Below the pieces are notes generated by a model. The model saw nothing but the letters and a program-made list of their open reading frames with translations, was not told the origin of the DNA and searched no databases. The translations under genes were made by a program, and so were the position numbers. A stretch of DNA of 56,826 nt, filler included, from Sphacelaria rigidula (taxonomy: Eukaryota): NCBI GenBank assembly GCA_964200075.2. It is 5 parts of 5 records of this genome, joined end to end, with 100 filler letters (N's around TTAATTAATTAA, not from the genome) between each part and the next. Parts side by side here need not be neighbours in the genome. Positions count along the whole stretch, not along the records: positions 45,543 to 56,826 come from CAXNAA020005114.1; 4 more parts are not named here. The stretch is one strand, 5' to 3'. Below are positions 49,201 to 56,826 of the stretch, piece after piece (position 1 is the stretch's first letter; each line of letters begins with the position of its first letter).

Positions 49201-52200
49201 CGGAAACCCCCTGTCCGTCCCTCGAGAAATCAACAGCTGTCGGCACGATGTCCAGAGCATGCCGACGCCGTACCCACGTTTAGTGTCTTGTCCTTATATT
49301 CGTTAGCTGGTGCACGGGAAGTAAATAAGCTGCCATAGTGAGAAGACTCTGGCTTTCTACATCTTCGTCGAGACGAATTTCAGATTTACGAGAAGCGGCA
49401 GCCCATGAGATCGACCGCGTCGTTCTGGCCTTCGGCGCCCGAAGTGTGACCGGTCATGTTGAAACGTCCACACATTCTCGGGCCGTGCCGAATTTCCGTT
49501 CCTGATGTAACTCTCGTCGACAGGGCGGGCGTTGGATCACAATCTCACCCCCGTTGCGCGCATCATAAAGGAGTACGCCGGGACAGGACCGTACAGCCTG
49601 TTGCATCGCTTGCATGCGGAGAAGCGGAGGGCCTGCGTCATGATCCGGCGTGTCAATAGGTGATCATCCAGCATGTACTCTCAGAAGCGCGGCCAGTCTT
49701 GTGTGCGTCAGGCCGCAGAAACAATCACAGAGATTAACTGAAAATCTTGTGCACATGAACTGTAGCAGTCTTGTGTGAGATGCGCTATTACCACATGGGA
49801 ATTTTTCATGTGTGTGTTTGCAAGAAGATTTCTCATTTGTTTTTGCTTTGTTTCCTGCAAGTGGCGTCGTGATTTAAAACCACAACCGCTACACTCAGAG
49901 GCACGCTCTGAGATGCATTGTTAAGCAATGGAGGTGTAGCTGGTACTGTTTGAAACCTGGAGATTGCCGGTGTCTGACGATGATCATCGTGAGTTCCAGG
50001 AAATGGTGTCGCGCTCTTGGAGCATGACTAAAGACGAGCACCACAACCAGGGTGCCAGTTCTGCGAAATTGTTTTGCACAGATATTTCCGGGCTAGCGTG
50101 TGGAGCCCGTTTTCTTCGAAATCCTGATACGAGTAAAAAAAGTTCAGTGTTCTGTTTCCCAGCCATTTTTGTGAGATCTGACCGTTTGAAGTTGACAACT
50201 GTAGAAGTTGACTATTACAGCAGCAGCACGGTGCACTGTCAGATGGTCGAATGCAAGTTGAGATCAATAACTCGTGTTCGAGTTTTAAGATAATGGATAT
50301 TATTTCCTTGTCCGTTGGGTTCATACCCATCACAAGCTGCCGGAATTATAGGACTGAAACGATGATGACATATTTCGTACCAAAAGCCAGGAATTCTCCA
50401 AATCCTCCGTCACGAACAGTACGAATGGTGGACATACACACATTACTCGAGCGCAAAACCGTCCTCTCCATAGCGGGTAGCTATTTAAGCACTCGACTCG
50501 TCCTCCGGGTCAAATTTCCGCTTCATGTCGGAGCATCGGTTTCAATATTGGGCGAGGAAGACGGCGAATATTACCTCTTGTAGTTTGGAAATTTAGCGTC
50601 CGCACGGAAGTCTCGAGCACATCTCCTTCACCCTATTTTCTTTTTAATCAGATCTGTTAGGCTATGTTGCTATTTTTCGCTGTCGCTTGTTGCGAAGGTG
50701 CCGATATCTGGTATAATTTCCCATCAAAATTCATCCGAAATGGAGCGTTTGCGAATCACCAAGGAATGCTGCAATTTCAATTACTGTACTCGCGCAGTGG
50801 TGATCGCCTACAGGCTGGTTCACGCTTTTCACCCCAAATTGTGTCACAAGCTAATGCCCTTTCGCAATACTCATCCAATAGTCGCATGATATCATACTGA
50901 CCGCCATGGGCAGCTGAAAAGAGTTGACACAGACGGATTTGTGTTTAAGGCCATAGTGGTACCGCTATAGACGAAAATGTACTCCGACCAATCAGCGCCC
51001 CTCAAATTGTTCTGAAATCGAAAGTAAAAAATCCAATATTCGCATGATATCATACTGACCGCCATGGACAGCTGAAGAGATTGGCATAGCCGGATTTATG
51101 CTTATGGCCATAGGGAAAGCGTTATAGACGAAAATGTACCTCGATCAATCAGCGCCCTTTAAATTGTTCTGAAATCGAAAGTGAAAACGCCAAGCCCAAT
51201 TCTCACCTAATCTCCACATGCTCCAAATTGTCGTAACCGTCATCAGCGCGGGAATCTGACGGGAAAAAAACTACGTTGAAACGGTTACTACGGCGTCGAA
51301 TTTTACCTGAAACCGTGGCGTTTCGGTGATGTGGGGTTTTGGCATCGTCAAATTTCCAGCCATGATGCGCACGAAAGACCCAGGGAGCCTCGTGGCGGTT
51401 TCCCTTATATCTGTCGTAAAAAAGCTGAGATCGCCCTCAAACTTGGCAGTTCTGTAGGCATTAATGCTGTAAATGAACAAACTGTCCTCCTTGACAACAG
51501 TTCAAGGTTTCTTCGTTCTGCACAGGCTTTCGGGGGTCCCAGTGTGAAGACTCGAAAGGTGGTACAGAACGTCTCAAAAGAAGAAAAATGAAATGATGCG
51601 GCCCGGGGTAGTCTGAGGAATATTCTTACAAAGTTTGGTCGAGAAACTCGAAATCTCATACAGTTTTTCTCGCCTTGACGTTAATTACACCCCAAAAATA
51701 CGTTTTCATGCTAAACCCAAGTATTTAGGAGTTTGCACGTTTCAAGCTCACGTCATCGCACGAACGCGCAAAACGTCACGCCGTATTTAGGAGTTAGACC
51801 CTGAAAATTTGCACATAACCTTACACACGTTTTCCCGCGTTAACGTTAAATACACCCAACAAAGATATGAAAATCAAGCATCTGGGAGTTTGCACGTTTC
51901 AAGCTCACGTCATCGAACAAACGCGCGAAACTTCGCGCCGGTTTTGGGAGTTAGACCCTGAAACTTTGCACAAATGTGCTATGGGTCATTGAGAAACTTT
52001 CGAGGCCCGAGTATTTTCTTTTACTCTTTGACTTTTCCCATCGTTTTTCGGGGGTCCAACGGGATACAGATTTCCCCCCAAACCCTGGGAGCCCCTAAAA
52101 ACAGTAGGAAAAGTCGAAGAGTGAAGGAAAACACTCGATCCTCGAATTTTGCGTTATGGCCCATAGCAAAGGTGTGCAAAATTTCAGCGCCTACCTCCTG

Positions 52201-54010
52201 AAAAAGGCGTGAAGTTTTGCGGATCAGTGTTCGAAGGTTGATAGGCGTGAACTAGCCTGTTCTGTTGTTTCCGATCTGCTGCCATGGGTATCTATACTGC
52301 CTCCGCTCCCCCACCTCCCAGGAAGAGATTGCCAGCAATCGTTGATAGGGCTGTATGGAAGGAAATGACGAAGCGGCAACCTGAAATAAGGTGGAATAGA
52401 GTAGTCGAGAAAGTATCGAACGAGATACAAAGGAATCAAGAGGAGATAATGTTCATAGGTGAAGGCGGAGGGTACAAAAAAAAGTAAGAGTCGTGGTAGA
52501 AATACGGAAAAAAGAAGCGCCAAAACGGAAAGATGAGGAACAACACCAGGGTGCACGGCGGGTTGATAGAGGGGGTAGGGATGAAAATATATCTGTATGG
52601 CCCAGTGGACTCCGTGAAAAATTGAAGGTGTGATTTCGGGTGGGGAACCTGCACCTGCCAGAAACGAAAACGAGATACATTAATTTACTGGACTCCTAAA
52701 CTATGTATATATATATTTATATGTGGTGAATTTTTGAAAATGTTACTCAGTATGAATTGGCGCGAAATCTATAATTTCGCCGTAATTCTGGAGGGAAGAT
52801 GGCATGCATTCGACCGTGAGTAGAGGGATGCCGTAGCCTGAGGGAAGATACCACGTGATAGATCTGATAGACCTTGTCGCGGGGCAGCTGCGAAGCGTTG
52901 CCGACAGGGAAAAGGCGACCGTGTCTTCGAGCACGGTGTCGTGAACGTACTCAAAGAAGACATGGCGAAGCTCCTGCGGCAAGCAACAAATGAGTATGCC
53001 CCCCCCCGAACGACTAAGGCAAGCAACAAATGAGTACGCCCCCCCCCCTCCCCCCCCGCCCCCAACGCACTCACCATTTCCATTCGTCCTGCATCAGCGT
53101 TCGAGGCGTGTGCACGGGACTGATACGAGGCTTCGACAAGCACATGAACATTCTCTTGGCCGACGTAAGGGAGGACTACACAACGTCGGTGCCGGCACAC
53201 CCGCCGAAATCTCAACAAAAATCATCGCCATCACCGCCAGGTCGTGCGTCGAACCCTCCCTTGAGAGATCGCCATCACACACCGGGAGCCGTTGGGTCTA
53301 ACGCTGGCGCTGACATCGGGAAAAAATCGGAACCATCGCGGTTTCTTGCACAGGATGCTCATGATCTGAAGAGTGCACCTGGCCTCCATGTTCCCGTCAG
53401 GGATGGTTCACGTTTACTCGAGGATGGTTGTGCCACAGCTGGGTGTGGAATAGCGGTGATGCGTGAAGAACATGAAAGTGAGGTGGGTCTTGCTAAGCTG
53501 ACTGAGGAGGGGCACCCGCGGCGGGGACGTGAAGTCGTCAGAGGAGACGGGAAGGACGGCAGGAGAGGGGAAGAGGGTGTTGGGATGGGGTCTGACATTG
53601 GGGCGTGTTCTGGTGATGTTGATGGGAAGCGGGGCACTGCTGACGACAAGGATTGCGCGACTACGGCGCGAAAACCATCAAGTGGAGTTGTGAGTATTGA
53701 GGGTATCACCACCGATGGTTCAGGGCGAGAACAATTACAAAGCGGCGGCGGGGAAGGCAGGACAGGAGCCGAAGGTCGCACCGGTGATGGTGGCGGTAGT
53801 CGTGATTGTGGTGGCGGCGATAGCCTCAGGACCGTTGAGATGGAGAGGAAAAGTCCTCCTCAAAGGCGCGCGAAGTCTGGGGGAAGACGTAGTCGACATA
53901 AGGGGCGGTGGAGAGGGGAACTGGTGGAGGTTAGGCGGACGAGGTACCTGAAGCAGTTGTTGATCCGTGGGGATAACGTTGTGATGGTCTGGCAGGCACC
54001 CAGGGCATGA
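46232..54010 (+). CDS. LSM11: LSm11-like Sm protein, 5'-partial; join(46232..46652,47233..47400,49524..49659,53098..54010), 545 aa
   Basis: Exon phases are consistent (1638 nt in total). N-terminal motif ALRAEKVKPPYPKQIPLDNVAKF. Sm1 region GPYSLLHRL...VMIRRVNS|VRGVCTGLIRGFDKHMNILLADVREDY. ~250 aa low-complexity insert, then Sm2 RYLKQLLIRGDNVVMV. All resemble animal Lsm11 as recalled (PYPNAPCFNNVAEY; LRGVCTGFLVAFDKFWN; QIFIRGENV). Exon 47233-47400 is the least certain (GC donor). Confidence 0.85.
50830..52200 (+). repeat. Dispersed repeat family, copy C (within LSM11 intron), with internal tandem duplications
   Basis: Motifs shared with copies A and B. TCGCATGATATCATACTGACCGCCATGG occurs at ~50882 and ~51040, and GGAGTTTGCACGTTTCAAGCTCACGTCATCG occurs twice. 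Confidence 0.8.
52320..53050 (+). mobile_element. Internally deleted LINE 3' fragment of the contig 2 family, with duplicated 3' terminal motif
   Basis: 52320-52675 aligns with 21592-22025. GGCAAGCAACAAATGAGTA[T/C]GC plus a C-run occurs twice (~52978 and ~53018), matching 22413-22434. Confidence 0.75.
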
Positions 54011-55590
54011 TCGAACAGATGCAGCACGTCAGGAGATGTTAGCACTCGCGCCGGCGACAAACGTGGAGGCTGGTCATGCGTATGGATAGACGAGCAAAAT
54101 TGCTGTTTCCCCGTAAGGACTGTCCGCGTTCTGGCTGCCGCTTCGGCTGCGTATCATTCATGGAAAGTGTGGTTACTCTTAGGTTGCACCACCAGTTGTT
54201 GGACAATTTTGAAGAGACAGCGGCTACAAGTAGCGAGGCGTGCCGTCAGTGTGTACGAGTAACGTTCACTTCCAAGCTTTCTTTGCTACTACCAATACAA
54301 CGGGAATCGAAACCTCTGAATCCACTTCCGGTGGAATCAGAGTTGCCGTTTCACCCGGAACAGTTTTCTGTCGCGGGGGCCACATCGTGAAGTCGGTAGG
54401 GAAGGGTCCAGTACAACTGATGCTGTGGCCAATATAATATATTACAGTACCACACAGTGCTGCTGTACCAAAGTACTGTGTGTACCGCATCGTATATTAC
54501 TCAGTGTACACCACTACTGTCTGGGGTTATGCGGTAGTTTGCTGTCTGTAGATGATGTTATTTATCACTCATACCACAATGACAAAAATAGTGGGTACGA
54601 TATCAAACAGGCGGCAAGGCAGCGGCGGATCCTGCCAGTCGTGTCATGAACCTTGACCCGCGCATGCATCAAAGCACGAAGCAGAATACTTAATCAGCAC
54701 GGATTATGCTCTGTTATATTTCCGAGGGTACCAGGCTCAATGTTCCTTCTGCAACTCGCCCGACAGCGTGGCGGATTCATTTGAGGAATATTTCAATCCT
54801 TGATATCGCTATTGCTCTTCTTTCAGGTTCGGCATAACGTATCGTTCTAGTGTCCAATACTCGTAGGGCCAACCACTCTAAATTTAAACCTCCTCCGCAA
54901 CACCACTCGTATTATCCCTTTGACCGCTATGGTAGGTGATATGCTGAATCAGCATCAGTTACACATTACGTCCAGGCAAGTTAGTGTTCAATTCATTGAT
55001 GGGACATATCGAACGTCTTACTTTTTAAATGTCAAGTTCTCCGTGGGAAGAAACAATACCAACTTTTACGGGACCCATTTAAGGGTGATTCTACGGTATG
55101 CGTGCACTTTTTGGTTAAAGAGTATTCTGAGGCTGCACACTATGCCCCAGGGTATGCCATCGAGAGGCTACTGAAGTGCAAAACCTGAGAAAAAAGTTGT
55201 GCACCCCTACCTTCGAACACCTCTCAAATAAATAGATGCGCCTGACTTTGAACACCACGTGAAAACCACGTTAAAAACATGTTCGTGAGATGAGGAACGG
55301 ATTTTCTTTTAAGGACGGTCATTTTTCGTGGTTTACACCAAGATGCGATCGAATCGTCCGAAACGGCCGTCACCTCCCTGAAAGCCCGTGACCCGACGGA
55401 AATTTTGTGCCAAACTACTTCAAATCGACGTGGTCAGAGCTACTATAGAGAGCCCGATAGAGAGGTATCCTCAGTCACGGATTGCCCTCTTTAGCGGTGT
55501 AAAAACCGTTTGGAACGAATCCATGCCTTTTTAGCGGCATTCTACCGTTCTATCGGAACGGCGGTGATTTGCCGCTATATCGGAATAGCG

Positions 55591-56013
55591 AACAGTGGAT
55601 TCTCGGAAATGGGGTTGAAGAAAAAAATGAGGTTTCAACTCAAAAGCCGTGCTCTCCCTGACCTAAATTCACGGCAAATGGCTTTCATATGGACCACCCC
55701 ATCCCTCCCGACCTCCCTAAAACTGTTTCGAGCGATTTCTAGCCTTCCGTTCCCCCAAAGTGTATGTGCGAAAGCACGATTTTGGGGGCAAAAAATGTCC
55801 TTTTTTCACCTCGAAATCGAGGCAAAAATGTGCTTTCGCCCATATCCTTTGGGGGAATGGAAGGCTATAGATCACCCGAAATAGTTTGAGGGAGGTCGGG
55901 AGGGATGGGGTGGTCCATATGAAAATCATTTGTCATACGTTTAGCTCAGGGAAAGCACAGCTTTTGAGTTCAATCTCATTTTTTTTCAACCCCATTTTCG
56001 AGGATCCACTGTT
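55591..56013. mobile_element. 423 bp foldback element (arms ~190 bp, loop ~40 bp)
   Basis: AACAGTGGAT...ATCCACTGTT termini. 55591-55783 is the approximate reverse complement of 55824-56013; the ORF track shows FIWTTPSLPTSLKLFR on both strands. Confidence 0.92.
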
Positions 56014-56755
56014 GGCGGTTAGGGCCGCTATATTGGAATAGTGTGCTTGCAGTTGTTGTTGTTGTCTTCACATTTTTGCTTGCAGAGCCCCCCTTTTCTT
56101 GCTGTAGACGCCCCCAAATTCAGGCACGCACGCACGCACACATACACACACTGAAGATCTCAGACAGCTATGTGGACCCCTTCCATCATGAGCACATGAA
56201 CTTCAGCAGCTTTAGTCATTCATGTATCAGCCCTCATCACTTCATAGTACAGGGGAACAGGACCATCGTCTTTCTTCAACGGCGTGAAAACAACCCAACC
56301 TCATGGAGATAAAAACTCACGAAGTCCACTGGTCAGACCCGCAGACCCGCGATCCATTAACCAGCGTCAAAGGCCTACAACGCTTTGTACTGCCTACATG
56401 ATGTCCGTAACCTAGGTAAAAGTGGTGGCTACAGTCTACAGCACACCCAGAGCTCTTTCACTACCGACAAGTAGTAACGTTAGAGCTTGACAAAGTCAGA
56501 CATCATTGTTGCCTGATTAAGCTTCCTGTTTAATCAATAGGTACTGTGACGCCAGCCAGAAGAAGGACTGGTGGATCACTGCTGTTGAGGGACTCCCCAG
56601 TCTTACTGGCCTCAGTTTCAGTTGTCAGCCCTTACAACACTCTCATTATTCAGCAGTGATCTTCCAAGGCACCAGCCCTTCTGGACCCGCAGTTGCTATC
56701 TCCGTGTCCCCGGTCATCATCCAGAACTCTCCAGAATTCCCGTGTCCCCAGCCAG

Positions 56756-56826
56756 CGCAGTACTCGTCTGTAAAGGAGATAAGAAAAATCCGGTAGAGTT
56801 CAAATGGAAGTGGGGAGAAGAGGAAT
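56756..56826 (+). mobile_element. LINE RT fragment, truncated by window end
   Basis: GTACTCGTCTGTAA.GGAGATAAG.AAAATC.GGTAGAGTTCAA.TGGAAGTGGGGAGAAGAGGAA matches ~21137-21203. Confidence 0.85.

Noticed and set aside
53030-53097. ATG at 53030 as the start of a single-exon 326 aa Sm protein
   Set aside because: The ATG lies in the LINE terminal motif. A branch-like CTCAC and a CAG acceptor at 53097 join in phase to the upstream exon that supplies the missing Sm1 helix and first strand.

Overview
Eukaryotic nuclear DNA, rich in transposons. A brown alga or related stramenopile is likely, inferred from the spliceosomal introns, roughly balanced GC and the TE types; the sequence does not prove it. 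The window is not one locus. It is five contigs of 11,288, 11,285, 11,285, 11,284 and 11,284 bp joined by identical artificial N44-TTAATTAATTAA-N44 linkers. Contig 1 holds a decayed Ty3/gypsy retrotransposon (long gag with CCHC knuckle, protease, RT, RNase H) cut off at the integrase by a MITE. Contig 2 holds a LINE interrupted by an intron-containing hAT transposon, which carries a spacerless ~800 bp palindrome, and by a second nested insertion. Contig 3 holds a second, minus-strand member of the gypsy family with integrase, chromodomain-like and Tudor/SH3-like tail, plus a TRIM-like direct-repeat array. Contig 4 holds a tRNA-derived SINE, ~100 bp piggyBac-type MITEs and a 2.9 kb low-complexity coding exon. 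Contig 5 holds a 4-exon, 5'-partial LSM11-like gene (a U7 snRNP-specific Sm protein in animals), LINE fragments and a foldback element. The best leads are the LSm11 homologue, a conserved in-frame UGA-C plus stem-loop at the gag-pol junction (candidate stop-codon readthrough), and the Mu-killer-like hairpin in the hAT transposase.
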